This document shows, piece by piece, positions 11,124 through 23,460 of a stretch of 64,000 nucleotides of DNA. The position numbers and the translations under genes are program-made. The notes beneath the pieces are model-generated. The model was not told where the DNA came from and did no database searches. It was given only the letters and a program-made list of their open reading frames with translations. The stretch comes from Cladosporium halotolerans (lineage: Eukaryota). The stretch is from positions 124,001-188,000 of the forward strand of contig NW_027191461.1 in NCBI RefSeq assembly GCF_011745625.1, given 5' to 3'. Numbering within the stretch: the stretch's first letter is position 1; each line of letters starts with the position of its first letter.

Positions 11124-14100
11124 ATGGCCCGCAAGGCGAGGCAGAGGATCAGCTATGGTGCGTACGCCCGACACCTAACCGTGAACTGATTCCGCACGCA
11201 TGCACGTCGCATGCGATGCGGTTGTGACACCGATCGCCCGCTTACTGATCACCGCGCACTCTGCTGACACTGCTTCAGTCCTGCCCCTCGCCAACCAAAA
11301 GGGCGGACATAGACTAGGCGTCAACGGCCTCGCGGTCGATGCCGAAAGCTCTACCCTGTAAGTTCTCCGCTCTGCGCAACATTCGCGCGCTCTATCTCCG
11401 ATGTTGACGACTGCATAGATATTCCGGTGGTCGTGACGGCGTCATATGCGCCTGGGACCTCGGTCTCGACCTGAATGACAGCATCACTGAACCTGCTCCC
11501 GATTTTAAGCCTCCTCCCACCGTCTTCCGCCAGCAAGTCCAGGCGCACACGCATTGGATCAACGACATTGCACTCTGCCAGTCAAATCAGGCGCTCCTCT
11601 CTGCTTCGTCCGACATAACAGTCAAGCTATGGCGACCCGCAGCGACTGACGGTACTCCGCCGCAATCAATCGGCCTCCACAGCGACTACGTGAAGACTTT
11701 AGCCGTACCCTCACCTACGAGCGATTGGGTCGCGAGTGGTGGTCTGGACAGAAAGATCTGCCTCTGGGATTTGAATGGGGCCGGGCAAAAGCTATGCATA
11801 AACGTTGGCGAGGATGAAGCTGGAAGCCTGTCGAGTAAGGAGAAAGGAAGCGTGTATGCACTGGCAGCCACGAACAATGTGGTCTGCAGCGGCGGCCCAG
11901 AAAGCACGGTCAGGGTCTGGGACTCGAGGACTGGCAAGCGCATAACGAAGCTCGTTGGCCACACAGACAACATCCGCGATGTGCTTGTCAGCCAAGATGG
12001 AAGCACAATCCTGACGGCGAGCAGTGACCGAACCGTCAAAGTGTGGAGCACGATTGCTGGACGCTGCATGTACACCCTCACAATGCACGACTCAAGCGTG
12101 TGGAGTCTGTTCTCGCAGGATCCGGAGCTAAATGTCTTCTACTCTAGCGACAAGAACGGCATGGTGGCCAAAACTGACACCAGAAACACGATTGAACTGG
12201 ACGAAGGCCTCTCTGTTGCCGTTTGCCAGGAGCACGAGGGAGTGCACAAGGTCAAAGCCGCAGGAGGTTACCTCTGGACTGCGACAAGCAGACCTAGCAT
12301 CAATCGATGGGCCGATATTAATACTGAAGGTGCCGAAATTGACGTGCCCGATAACTACACCTACAAACCTCACCGTTCCAGCATCTCGACCAATGTCTCG
12401 AGATACTCGAGCCCTCCGAATCGCAAAGAACCAAACTTGCCTTCTAATGGTTTAATGAAGAAGATCCCACTGAAGCACGTGCTACGACTGAGCAACGCAG
12501 CTTACTTCCCGACTCCAGTCTTGACGGACAACGAGACAACCGAAACGAATGGCCCTCCCGGTGGCCGTAGATCGACTATGGAGAGATCAGGGCAAGAGCT
12601 CATCGTGTCGCAGCCTGTACGCGAACAGCCAGACTACGCCATAGAAGGCCAGAACGGCTTGATCAAGCACGTCATGCTGAATGACAGAAGACGCGTTCTC
12701 ACGCTTGACACAGCGGGTGAAGTTCTCATGTGGGACTTGCTCAAATGTGTGCCTATCCGGTCGTTTGGCAAGCGTCATATTGAAGACGTCCGTGACGAGG
12801 TTGCTACTAACGGAACTGTGGCAAACTGGTGTACTGTCGATACACGAACGGGAAGCGTTACAGTCGTCCTGGAAGAGAACAATTGTTTCGACGCCGAGAT
12901 GTATGCTGATGAGCTGGATCTGGACGAGGAAATCGAGTTTCGCGATGATCAACGGATCAACCTGGGCAAATGGGTCTTGCGTTATCTATTCTCGAACCTG
13001 ATCACCGAAGAGATTCAGAGGGACCAGGTCTACAGGAACCAACTGATGACTGCGCAAGAGCAGCAAAAGCTGCAGCGGGAGAACGCCCCAGGAGCGATAC
13101 AAATTCCCCAAGCAGAGACTAATGGCTGGCACTCCGAGGCTTCAGGCCCGCCTTCAGCATCAACAGTGAAACCAACGAATGGTTTCTCAGCTGTGCAGAC
13201 GCCTGGTCTTGCTATTGGACAAGTCACTCCAGGGATACCCACGACCTCTAATAACAAGATGACAGCTGCAGCTCAGGCTCCGTCGGAAGCTGGCAGCGAA
13301 GGCGAGCCTCTCGGCAGGACCGTTTCGCAATCATCTCGAAAGTCTACAGACCGCCACAGCGATTACTTTTCCGCCGCTCGCGCGCCCAACCCTGACGTGA
13401 CTTCGCCTGGACCTGCGAAGATCCCCGTCACTCCTGGCGAAGGCAACGAGGAGCCCACTACGCCATCGGAGGGCGCAGCGGGTGCGACGTCAAAAGACAC
13501 TCCTAGCAAAGAGGGCCTCTTTGGCAAGAAGTTCCGCATGGGAATGAACATGTCGTTTAGCGGCATGAAAAAGATGGGTCGACAGCCGCAAGCTGCAGAC
13601 AAGGACAAGCCTGCGCCCGTGGAAGAGAAAGAAGAAACAGACGACTCTCGTTCAAGCAAGACAAGCAACTCGCGCGTTGTCGACGACAACCTGCTGGGGA
13701 CTGTTCAGAAGATTCGTTACTCGTATGAGGACTCTCTTCAGGCGCAATACCAGTCGCAGCTTGCTCGTGAGAATGGTTTGCCTGTTGCTATCAAGCCTCT
13801 CGAGCTACAGTCTGCCATCACTCCTTCGCTGCCCGCAGAGACACCAGTGCTCAAACCACCCCTCAACACTACGATCTTGATCCAAGAAGATCGCCCCGAA
13901 GCCGGCGGCGTCGCAGATCTCTTCGAGGGGACTGTTGGCGCTCTCGGAGAGATGTGCGATCTCGTGGAGCAGGCAGCACCCATGTGGCTTGGCGAGGTTC
14001 TTCTCAGGAACCAAGTCCCACACAAGGATATCCTTAAGATTAGCTTCGTGCTCGAGCCATGGTCGCAGGAGGGCAGCCTTCATGCTCCGCTACCCAGCAT

Positions 14101-14550
14101 CGCTGCTGACGGGAACAATCGCCTCAATGCTAACAGAATGTTGAGGGCAAAGAAGATCTTGGCGTACGTAGCGGAACGCATCGAGCCGCAGGCGAGTGAG
14201 GACGAGAAAGAGGGCGCGCTCAAACCGGAAGAGTACCTTGAACTGTGGTGCCAGAACCAGGTATGTCTCCATTACAGGTCTAAATCTACGGATCTGTGCA
14301 AAGCTAACGTACTTCCCTCTTGTAGATCGTACCGGCCAACATGACCCTGGCTACCATCCGCTCGTCCATGTGGCGTGGTGGAGGCGACGTCTTGCTATAC
14401 TACAAGTCCAACGGACGCAAGCAGATCAAGCATGCGCTGTCGCCGCTGTCGCCAGCCACCCAGTCTGATCAGCCTCCTCCAACCACCAATCTCCCGTTCT
14501 CGCCTCCGCCAGCTGAGCAGCAGGCCGAAGAGACGAAGCCGGGCGCTTAA
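11124..14550 (+). CDS. WD40 deubiquitinase cofactor, WDR48/UAF1 (Duf1/Bun107-like)
   Basis: Exons 11124-11157, 11279-11357, 11419-14260 and 14326-14550, all GT-AG and in frame ([20 protein letters not shown]). WD repeats ([13 protein letters not shown]), [13 protein letters not shown], and C-terminal [21 protein letters not shown]. Confidence 0.88.
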
Positions 14551-14872
14551 TGAGCCTTTCCTCACGGATGCACCGGGCACTCGTCCGTGATTTTCTTGGA
14601 GGTCCTTTTTTTCTTTGCAGATGCATAGCGGTCGAACTGTTGCTTTGTGCATGATCGTCCCAGCATAATTGTGCATGTCGGAGACAGGCGGCTGGTAATT
14701 GTGTACAGATCGGCTACAAACCCAGGAAGTAAATTACGCATAGGTAATGCTTCACAACTGCGAAGCTAATTTGGAGTCTCCCCGGTATACGTAAAGTCCT
14801 CGTAGATCGTGATGTTGTGAGAGGTTGTAGCTCCTTTCCGGACGCAATGAGCGCATACTCTGGGTGACGGCT

Positions 14873-15193
14873 TCAGATGTATCTGAACATATTGTTCTTG
14901 ACGCTGCGCTTCATGGAAACGGGCTGTCCGTCCTCGAATTCGACGCCTGCCTCGCCGCCGTCGCCGGCCAGGCCCGACATCTTCTGTCGAAGCTCCTCAT
15001 CCATTTGCGCCATTGTCTTTTTCCCGCTGCCAGGCTCGCTGCTACTCTTCTGTTCGGCGCTACGCTCGTCGGCCTCGAGCTTTGCTTGCGACGGCGGCTT
15101 CTGGGAAGAGGAGTTGGACGTTGAGCTCGAGAGGCGAATGGAGTTGGTCGTGTGAGGAGCGAGAGCGGTGCGGCGGAGGATTGTTCGAATCAT
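14873..15193 (-). CDS. Small putative mitochondrial protein of unknown function (106 aa)
   Basis: ATG-initiated ORF with an Arg/Ser/Thr-rich, acid-free N-terminus and an ordered-looking C-terminus (GDGGEAGVEFEDGQPVSMKRSVKNNMFRYI). Divergent from CEF1. Confidence 0.7.
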   Translation of the reverse strand: MIRTILRRTALAPHTTNSIRLSSSTSNSSSQKPPSQAKLEADERSAEQKSSSEPGSGKKTMAQMDEELRQKMSGLAGDGGEAGVEFEDGQPVSMKRSVKNNMFRYI

Positions 15194-15478
15194 TTTGAAG
15201 ATAAGTGTTGGTTTGATCTTTTCGCGTGTACCTACGTTTTCACAACGATTTACTTGTGAAGCGGACGTCGTCTACTAATAGTTAAGAACAAGTTTGGCGT
15301 CCGAGCATCAATTGCATCACAAGCTGTCAGTGAACATTTGAACGAGCCGCTCGGCAAATCCCGCCCCCGAACATCGAACTTCTCCAGACTTGAGGGAACT
15401 TCGAACAACCCTTCCAAGCGCGACCGCGCCGACCGCACGACCGCACCACCAAACCCGCATCCAAACACCACCGCCAAC

Positions 15479-17824
15479 ATGCCGGTCGTCAAGGGCGGCG
15501 TCTGGACCAACATCGAGGATGAAATCCTCAAGGCCGCCGTGTCCAAGTACGGCCTGAACCAGTGGGCGCGCGTGTCCTCGCTGCTGGCGCGCAAGACGCC
15601 CAAGCAGTGCAAGGCGCGCTGGGCCGAATGGCTGGACCCGGGCATCCGCAAGATCGAGTGGAGCCGCGAGGAGGACGAGAAGCTGCTGCACCTGGCGAAG
15701 TTGATGCCGACGCAATGGCGGACCATCGCGCCCATCGTCGGCCGCACGGCCACGCAGTGTCTGGAGCGCTATCAGAAACTTCTGGATGAGGCCGAGGCGC
15801 GCGAGAGCGGCGAGTTGGGCCTTGGAGGGCCGGAGGGCGGCGAGGCTTCTGCGCCGAGTGCGGATGATGTGAGGAGGTTGAGGCCTGGCGAGGTCGATCC
15901 GGAGCCGGAGTCGAGGCCCGCGAGGCCCGATACGATCGATATGGACGAGGACGAAAAGGAGATGTTGTCTGAGGCTCGTGCCAGATTGGCGAACACACAG
16001 GGCAAGAAGGCAAAGAGAAAGGCGCGCGAGAGGCAACTGGAGGAGAGTAAGAGGATGGCCCAGTTGCAGAAGCGCAGGGAGCTGAAGGCTGCAGGCATCA
16101 ATGTCAAGGTCACCACGCGGAAAAAGGGCCAGATGGATTACAATGCCGACATTCCTTTTGAGAAGGCGCCGGCGCCTGGATTTTATGATACCCAAGAGGA
16201 GATGGCGAGGAACGAACACTCGAGGGAGATGTTCGATCCGAGGAAACAACAGCTGGCGAACAAAAGAAAGGGAGACGGGCAAGAAGCTGGGCAGGAGCCT
16301 AAGAGAAGGAAGAACGAAAAGGATAGCGGAGCTGCTGCGTACGCTGCGGCGGCGAAGGCAGGTCAATTGCAAAGGATCAGGGAGGCCGAGCAGAGCAGCA
16401 AACGGAGAGGACTGACGCTGCCTGCTCCTCAAGTCAGCGAGAGCGAGCTGGAAGATATTGTCAAGATGGGTATGACTGGCGATCGAGCGAGCACGCTGGC
16501 CGAAAGCGGCGACAACGATGCGACACGAGGACTGGTCGGAAACTATTCAAATATGGTTGGAAACACTCCGATCCGCACACCCAGAGCGCCACAGGAAGAA
16601 GACAGGATCGCCAACGAGCTCAGGAACGCTCGCGCGAGGACGGAAACACAGTCAGCACTGCTAGGCGGGGAGGCCACTCCCGTCTACGAAGGTCTCAACA
16701 CTACGGGTTACGAAGGCGTCGCCCCATCAAAACAGACATCCGCCACACCAAATCCTCTAGCAACCCCTATGCGACAAGGCATGGCAGGCGCGACGCCTGG
16801 TGCTGGACCCGGTGCAACACCTATGCGTACCCCGCGCGACAACTTCAACCTCAATCAAGAAGATGGCAGTATGCAACTCGTGGGCCAGACACCCCGTGAC
16901 ATCCGTCTATGGGAACAAGCCACCAGATCTGCCCTGCGCGGCAAGCTCTCCAGCCTTCCAAAACCAAAGGAGATGGACTTTGAGCTTGACCTCCCGGACG
17001 AACAAGTCGAGATCTCCGCCGCCGAGGCAGAGGCTCTACAACAAGAGGACTCGGCTGCCCGCGACAGGCGCAATGCTGCTCTCGCCGAAGCTGCCGCGCT
17101 CGCCGATTTCAAGCGCCAGACCCGAGTAGTGCAGAAAGGTCTGCCCAGACCCAAGGCCATCGACATCGACGCGATGCTCAAGTCCGCTCACGAGAACTCC
17201 GACCCAATCGCCCGCCAAATCGCCGAGGAAAGCGCCCTTCTGCTCGCCCACGACGCGCGCAAGTTCGGCGGCGCAAAAGTCACCGGCTCCGCTCGCTCCG
17301 CCATCGAGGCGCTTGACGAAGAGTCCATGCAAAAGGCGCAGATGGAGGTCATCCTCGAGATGGGCGCAGAGGCTTCGGCCCGCGCGCAGTTCGGCACCGC
17401 TTTCGCGCGCGAGTGGGAGGCCGCGCACGACGCCGGCGGCAAGGTCCTGCCCGGCCTCGCGGGCTACGGCGAGGACGAGCTCGACGAGTCGCAGCTGCTG
17501 ACGGAGGCGTTCGACGCCGCGCAGGACGCTCTCGCGGCTAGTGCGCAGCGCGGCCAGACGCTGGAGAAGAAGCTCGCGAAGCACCATGGTGGATACCTTG
17601 AGCGTAACAGGCGGCTGCGCGCTAAGATCAGCGAGGCGGCGGAATTCCTGGAGAAGACGAAGCTGGACTCGCATGTTGCGCGGACCGCACAAGTGGCGGA
17701 GGATGCTACTCTGCGAGACCGGTTGGAGGGGCTGCGAGAGGAGGTGAGCTTTGTGCGCAGGCGGGAGAGGGAGGCGCAGGAGGTCTATCGCGACAGGAAG
17801 ACAGAGCTGGACGGCCTTGCTTAG
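15479..17824 (+). CDS. CEF1: Pre-mRNA splicing factor Cef1/Cdc5 (NTC, tandem Myb repeats)
   Basis: Begins [48 protein letters not shown]; contains a TP-rich region; single exon. Confidence 0.97.
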   Translation: MPVVKGGVWTNIEDEILKAAVSKYGLNQWARVSSLLARKTPKQCKARWAEWLDPGIRKIEWSREEDEKLLHLAKLMPTQWRTIAPIVGRTATQCLERYQKLLDEAEARESGELGLGGPEGGEASAPSADDVRRLRPGEVDPEPESRPARPDTIDMDEDEKEMLSEARARLANTQGKKAKRKARERQLEESKRMAQLQKRRELKAAGINVKVTTRKKGQMDYNADIPFEKAPAPGFYDTQEEMARNEHSREMFDPRKQQLANKRKGDGQEAGQEPKRRKNEKDSGAAAYAAAAKAGQLQRIREAEQSSKRRGLTLPAPQVSESELEDIVKMGMTGDRASTLAESGDNDATRGLVGNYSNMVGNTPIRTPRAPQEEDRIANELRNARARTETQSALLGGEATPVYEGLNTTGYEGVAPSKQTSATPNPLATPMRQGMAGATPGAGPGATPMRTPRDNFNLNQEDGSMQLVGQTPRDIRLWEQATRSALRGKLSSLPKPKEMDFELDLPDEQVEISAAEAEALQQEDSAARDRRNAALAEAAALADFKRQTRVVQKGLPRPKAIDIDAMLKSAHENSDPIARQIAEESALLLAHDARKFGGAKVTGSARSAIEALDEESMQKAQMEVILEMGAEASARAQFGTAFAREWEAAHDAGGKVLPGLAGYGEDELDESQLLTEAFDAAQDALAASAQRGQTLEKKLAKHHGGYLERNRRLRAKISEAAEFLEKTKLDSHVARTAQVAEDATLRDRLEGLREEVSFVRRREREAQEVYRDRKTELDGLA

Positions 17825-18437
17825 AGTGCCTTGTTCCGGCAATTTGTAGACATATGTATCACAACGGCTATCATTGCCAGCACGGGTGGCCGCTTGACTA
17901 ACAGTGAGAACGGGTGTCAATTTGTTAGTGTGACAGTTCCAAAGGCAAACGAGGAATATGGGACACGACTTCTTTGCAGCTAGACATTTTGATGCGAAAG
18001 GAATGGCTTCAGCTACACCGACCGCATGATACGAGACAGAACACCAGTCTTGCGTTAAGGGCAGAGAAACAGGACAGTTGAGTTCAACACTTCTGAATAC
18101 TCAATACACTCGCATTATGCATTAAGTTCCTATGGCATATACAAAAGCTCCTCAGCACCTCATCATCCCACGAGAGAGAGGATGTTGTGCTGAAGAGCCG
18201 CTTTCGAAAGGTATCGGTGTTACGCAGAGAGGAGACAAACAGGTCTCAGCTAAATGCCAATTCGTTCCAAAAAGGCCACATCTCGATCTTCCAAAACCTC
18301 CGCCTCGACTTCCGTTCCAATTTCAATCAATCCATTCTGATCCTAGGATCTTCTTTCGAAGACTCACAAGCCTTCATCTGCACCTTGCGGCGCATCGGGT
18401 TCGCGATCTTCCGTCAGTCGACAGACTAGCGAGGCAT

Positions 18438-19647
18438 TTACGCGCCCTCGTCGTCGTCACCGACGCGGATGGCACCCTGCTGGCCGAGGCCCTCGCTCCA
18501 GAAGCCGCCGAGGTCGACGTTGGTCTCGGGGATGCTCTGGTGGGTGAACAGGAGCCAGGCGCCGAAGACGGGCTTGGCGAGGATGTCGAGGACGGCGTAG
18601 GCGATGATCTCCTGGTCAACGTTCATGTTGCGGGAGCCGTCGGCAATGCCCCAGACGCTGAGGAAATGTTAGTTTTGTTCGATGTTTGAGAGGCTGGATG
18701 CGGCCAAACTTACATAGGGTAGACAGTCCAGATGATGAGGGTGAAGCCACCAATGGCAGCGAAGAAGTTGCCAACCTTGCCACCCTTGGCGGAGGCGGCG
18801 TTGCGGCCGTGGACAACGAGCTGCCAGATGACAACGAGGTAGGCAATGCAGGCAATGGCGTACCAGCCCCACTTCTGGGCGGTCTGCTCAGAGCCGAAAG
18901 AGGCGAAAAGGCCGGTGAGGACCATGATGATGTCGGCGACAATGGCGATCAGGATGTTGGCACCGGGAAGACCAGCCAGCAGGGCGAGGTCGAGGAGCAG
19001 GAGAGGAGTGGTGACGGTCCAGTCAACGTAGCGAGCCCAGTAAACCTGGCGGTAGATGTCGTGCTCAGTGGACGGAACGTGCTTGTGGTGCTGCTCCTCC
19101 TTGGTGTGGTGCCAGCCAATGCCGTGGCCGCTGGCCATGGCGAAGTAGGAAAGGGCAGCGAAGGAGACGATGAAGGTGGTGAGGATGTGGTAAAGACGCT
19201 TGGACTGTAGGTACAAATGTCAGATTCAGGCGCGAAAAGAATACAATTATTCCAAACTTACAGTCGGGACGTTCCAGGCAAGACCAGAGAAGACGATGGT
19301 AGCGACGGTCATGACAACAAAGACAACCCTGAGCAATTGTTAGCAAATGTCGGCAGCCGAGTTCATGAGCTGCAGCAATGCTCCGGAGCTCCCGGAATGG
19401 GGTGCTTTTGCAACGCGGAGCTTCAAGACGCTCAGCGAAGCTACTGCCCATCACGGTGTGCTGACACAAGCTCTGCTTCACTGCAGCGCGGCTCTTGAGA
19501 GACATACCAAAGGGTCCTGTTGCCAGTGTCGGTGGCGCTCTCATACTCGGGGAGCGAGGGGACGACGGTAGGGATGGGAGCAACAGAGCTCGAGGCCAGC
19601 AGGCTCGAGGTGTGCGTGGCGAAGGCCTCAACTGGGTCGACGATCAT
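18438..19647 (-). CDS. Type-1 fungal rhodopsin, Leptosphaeria-rhodopsin-like light-driven proton pump
   Basis: Exons 19647-19508, 19328-19262, 19204-18714 and 18657-18438 join in frame. Helix C RYVDWTVTTPLLLLD (DTD motif); helix G LDILAKPVFG with the Schiff-base Lys. Confidence 0.93.
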
Positions 19648-21231
19648 GATGGCAGCGTAGTGTGATGGCTCGCTGGATGGGTTGTGGATGGGAGGATAGT
19701 GGAAGGGAGGAGAGAGGAAGCAGAGCTGCGGGTAGAAGAGGTGAAGGCAGGGTCGAGCTGGTGCCTAGGCGATGGGGAGGGGAAAGTCGCACCAGCGCAT
19801 GCTGCTTCTGCATCGCGATCGCAGGAGCGTGGCTTGCCGCTGGTTAGCGCGCATCATCATCGTCATTCGTGGCTGGCGCGTGTAGACGGCTCATAAGCCG
19901 TGCCTTGATCGCAGCAGCATTGGCGACATTGATGGTCGCATCGAGTTACCCGCTCGAAGCAGTGTAAGCTGCCGTCTCACGCTCGCCGTCGCGGCGAGGG
20001 CGAGATTCGTCTCGCCGACGGCCGGCCAGCGTGTTGCGGTGCTGGGAGACGGCGGCCGTGATCATGACGTGCAACACGGCGCAGCTCCAGACAAGCATCC
20101 AAGCTTCCCAGCTCCCAGCAGCTGTCCCCGCAAACAATGCAGGGATGATCAATCTGTCACCGCGCCGCCGTGGCTGCATCTGGCTAAGACTCTCCGGCTA
20201 GATCGTAAGTACCTCTGTATCCGTTCCTACAGCCAGTACGTACCGCCGGTCTGCGACCCTGCGACCCTGCGGCAGATGGCCAGGCGCCCTGGAATGCCTC
20301 GACTCCTCGTCGAGCCACACGCGAAGCGCTCGCGCGGGCACGCACTGGACGCCTTTCCCTACGCTTCGGCCGGATCCGCGGTTGGGGCAAAACATTGAGC
20401 GCTGCACGCCGAAAGGCAATGATGCAATGCGCCGTCACGCAAAAGGCTCTCGAGACACCGCGGGCCTCCGACCCCGGCTAGCGAGCGCAATATCAAGGCA
20501 GGCGAGAAGCTTGCAACGCCCTCGAAGGCGCCCTCTGCCGCCTAGCCGCCCGATGCACAACCACACCCAAGCGCACACACGAGGAAGCGCCGCTTTGGAC
20601 ATGGCGCCGCACGCGCACGCGCAGTCGAACGCTCGCTCGTTCGCTGCAGCCTCGCCAGCCTTTGACCGCTGGATTGGCAACGTGACGCTCCCCCTCCATG
20701 CGCGCTCCGCGCCGTCGCCATTGGCTCGCGCAAAGCCGCGCTCTTCACGCGCACCCTCCTTGGCCGCCGCGGGGGCGCAGGCATTATTGCATGCCCTCTA
20801 TGGCGCTGACGGCCGTTCGCCTGGTCGTCTCGTGATGAGCTCCAGGGTCGATTGTTGCCGCGTGTGGCTGGACAGGTGAGGTGTGGTGACATCGGTCAAT
20901 GGGCCGTGCGAGTAGCGTGACCGCCATGGCGGTCTGTCTTGCAGCCAATAATGTCGGCAAGTAAATGGATAGTTGGGTACCTACGAGGTCGGCCGAAGAG
21001 TGAGGTTCAATTAAAAGAAGAAGGTAATCTGAGAAGCATAAAACCATGGCGCCTCCGGATCTTGAGGAAGGCACGATGGTGAGAACGCGGAGCACCGCTC
21101 ACAATCACCGAGGTAAAGGTACATGTATCTAGAGTCAAAGCATTGGGCCAGAATGCGACATTCTGAGAACGGGAAATTAGGCATGCAATACATGTGCCGA
21201 CATCGCCGAAGAGCAATCAGGTAATGCAGGG

Positions 21232-22967
21232 CTATAATCTTGTCCCTAGATTGACATGCACTGCCTTTTCGTTCGAGTACGCCCTGAGACCTGCCTCACC
21301 CAACTCCCTTCCAATCCCAGACTGCTTGACGCCACCGAATGGGACTCTGTAGTCACTGTCGTTACTACTATTCAGCCAAACCATCCCGGCCTCGATCCTC
21401 CTCGCTATCCGATGGCCTCGCGAAATATCCGTCGTGAAAACCGACGACCCTAGCCCGTAGCTCGAATCATTGGCGCGCTTAACAGCTTCTGCTTCGGTTT
21501 TGAAGCTCGAAATTGTTACGAATGGTCCGAAGACTTCTTCGCGGTATATGCGCATCGAGTCGGTCACATCGCAAAATATCGTGGGCGAGACGAAGAAACC
21601 TTTGCCGCTGGAGGACGCCGGCTCACCGCCCGACACCAGTGTCGCGCCTTCCGAATTGCCCACATTGATGTAATCGAGAACGCGCTCGTATTGGGCCTTA
21701 GTGACTTGGGGGCCCTGGAAGGTTGTTTCTGCGAACGGGTCGCCCACCACGCTGACTTGCTGGGTCTGCTGCTTGAAAGCTTCGACGAACTTCTCGTAGA
21801 CGGATTCTTGGACGAGGATCCGTGAGGTCTGTGGTCATCATGATTAGCATGCAAGAACAAAAGGGAACGAAGTCCCGCATTCAGATGGACTGATTTTACT
21901 CACGGCTGAGCATACCTGGCCCATGTTGGACATGATACCAGCATGAGCCCACTTCACGGCCTGGTCAAGGTCTGCATCCTCAAAGACCAGCAACGGAGAT
22001 TTGCCTCCGGTCTCAAGCGTAATGTTCTTCATAGTGCCGCTGGCTTGCTTCATGATCTCCTTTCCTGTCGCCGTGCTGCCCGTGAAGGCAATCTTATCGA
22101 TGTCCGTGTGTTGCGCAATCGAGGTGCCTGCGACTCTTCCATAGCCGTTGAGAATGTTCACTACTCCAGAAGGAAAACCGGCTTCCTTGACTAGGTTGGC
22201 AAAGTACAAAATCGAGAGTGGTGTTTGCTCTGCTGGTTTGAGAACGACCGTGTTCCCACATGCCAGAGCCGGTCCCAATCTATATCCACCGTTAGTATCA
22301 ATCGATCTCTCTGCGCCACGATACTCATTCTGCGGACATACTTCCAAGCGGCCATGCCCAGCGGGTAGTTCCATGGTATGATCTGCCCACATACGCCGAC
22401 GGGTTCCCGAATTGTGTATGCCAGCTTGACCGCACTGTTGTCAATCGTCTGTCCATGGATCTTGTCCGCCCAGCCAGCATAGTATTTCAGTGTGCCAACC
22501 ACCTCCGCGATATCCTCATCTCGTGCAACTGTGTATGGCTTCCCGTTATCCCAAGTCTCAACAGTAGCTAGAACCTCCTTGTGCTGATCGACCAGCTGGC
22601 TGAGGTTGTACAGCAGCTGCCCACGCTCCGACGGCGGCAGATCGCGCCAATCACCATCGAATGCTGTCCGCGCAGCCTTCACAGCTTTGTCAACATCTTC
22701 GGGTTCGGCAGCGTGGACAGAAGCGATTTCGGTCTCATCGGTGGGGTTGATGGAGGTGATCTTGTTGCCTTTGCTCGAAGGCAGCCACTTATTGTTTATG
22801 AAAAGGCCTGTGGGCTGAGAGTATTTGATTCCATTTGGCGCAGTAAGGTCGATGCTCAGCGGCTCGGGTGTCGTTGCGAACCTCCGCCGCCAGGCATTGA
22901 AAGGTACCGCGAGAGAGGGTCCGCGGTTGAAGGACGGGCGAAGAAGGGCGCAAGAGCGAGGAATCAT
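21232..22967 (-). CDS. Aldehyde dehydrogenase (ALDH1/2 type) with a mitochondrial-type presequence
   Basis: Exons 22967-22342, 22279-21904 and 21828-21232. Motifs GQIIPWNYP, LKPAEQTP, FTGSTATG, LETGGKSP, catalytic GQVCSA, EEVFGP and PFGGVKQSG. Confidence 0.93.
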
Positions 22968-23460
22968 GGTTTGAAGAAATGGAAGGGATCGTCAGACCTA
23001 CTCTCCTGCATTGCTATCGCCACGGTGTGTCAAACGATGTTGGCCACAGGTCGCGCTCCTACGAGCAAATGTTGAGAGGTCTTGCGTAAACACAACAGCT
23101 ACACCCCGCGAGCAGTAGCGGCCTCGAGGCGGCGTCATGACGCCAAGAAAACCGCTATCATGCGAGGCAACATCACCCTGCAGCATCAGCGAGATTTGAA
23201 GGTGACACAAAATTGATTGTAGAGCAGAAAATTACTAACCGATTGACAAGAGGCTGAAGAAAAACACTCAAAGCGCCCAGGAACCTTTGCTTCGCTGCAA
23301 GAAACCAAAAGTTTCCTCTAGCCCGCTGATAGCCTCGCCTTTAGCTGTTTGCAAACTCACCTCACAACATTACCATTGAGTGCCAGATATCAGTAACCCT
23401 GGAGAAAAATCAAACCCGAGACTATCAAGAACAAATATTCCTCCAGGCCATTCGGACAAC

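Noticed and set aside
15317..17920. Long antisense ORFs over CEF1, with similar ones over KAP114, XKS1, MMT and the acyl-CoA synthetase
   Set aside because: Shadow ORFs produced by high GC3 codon usage of the real genes.
19800..20210. GATC/CGAT motifs as White-Collar light-response elements in the rhodopsin promoter
   Set aside because: Too short and common to support without conservation or ChIP data.
21232..22967. ALDH as a retinal or carotenoid pathway partner of the neighbouring rhodopsin
   Set aside because: It looks like a general mitochondrial ALDH1/2-type enzyme, and no carRA, carB or carX-like genes are nearby. Adjacency is the only evidence.
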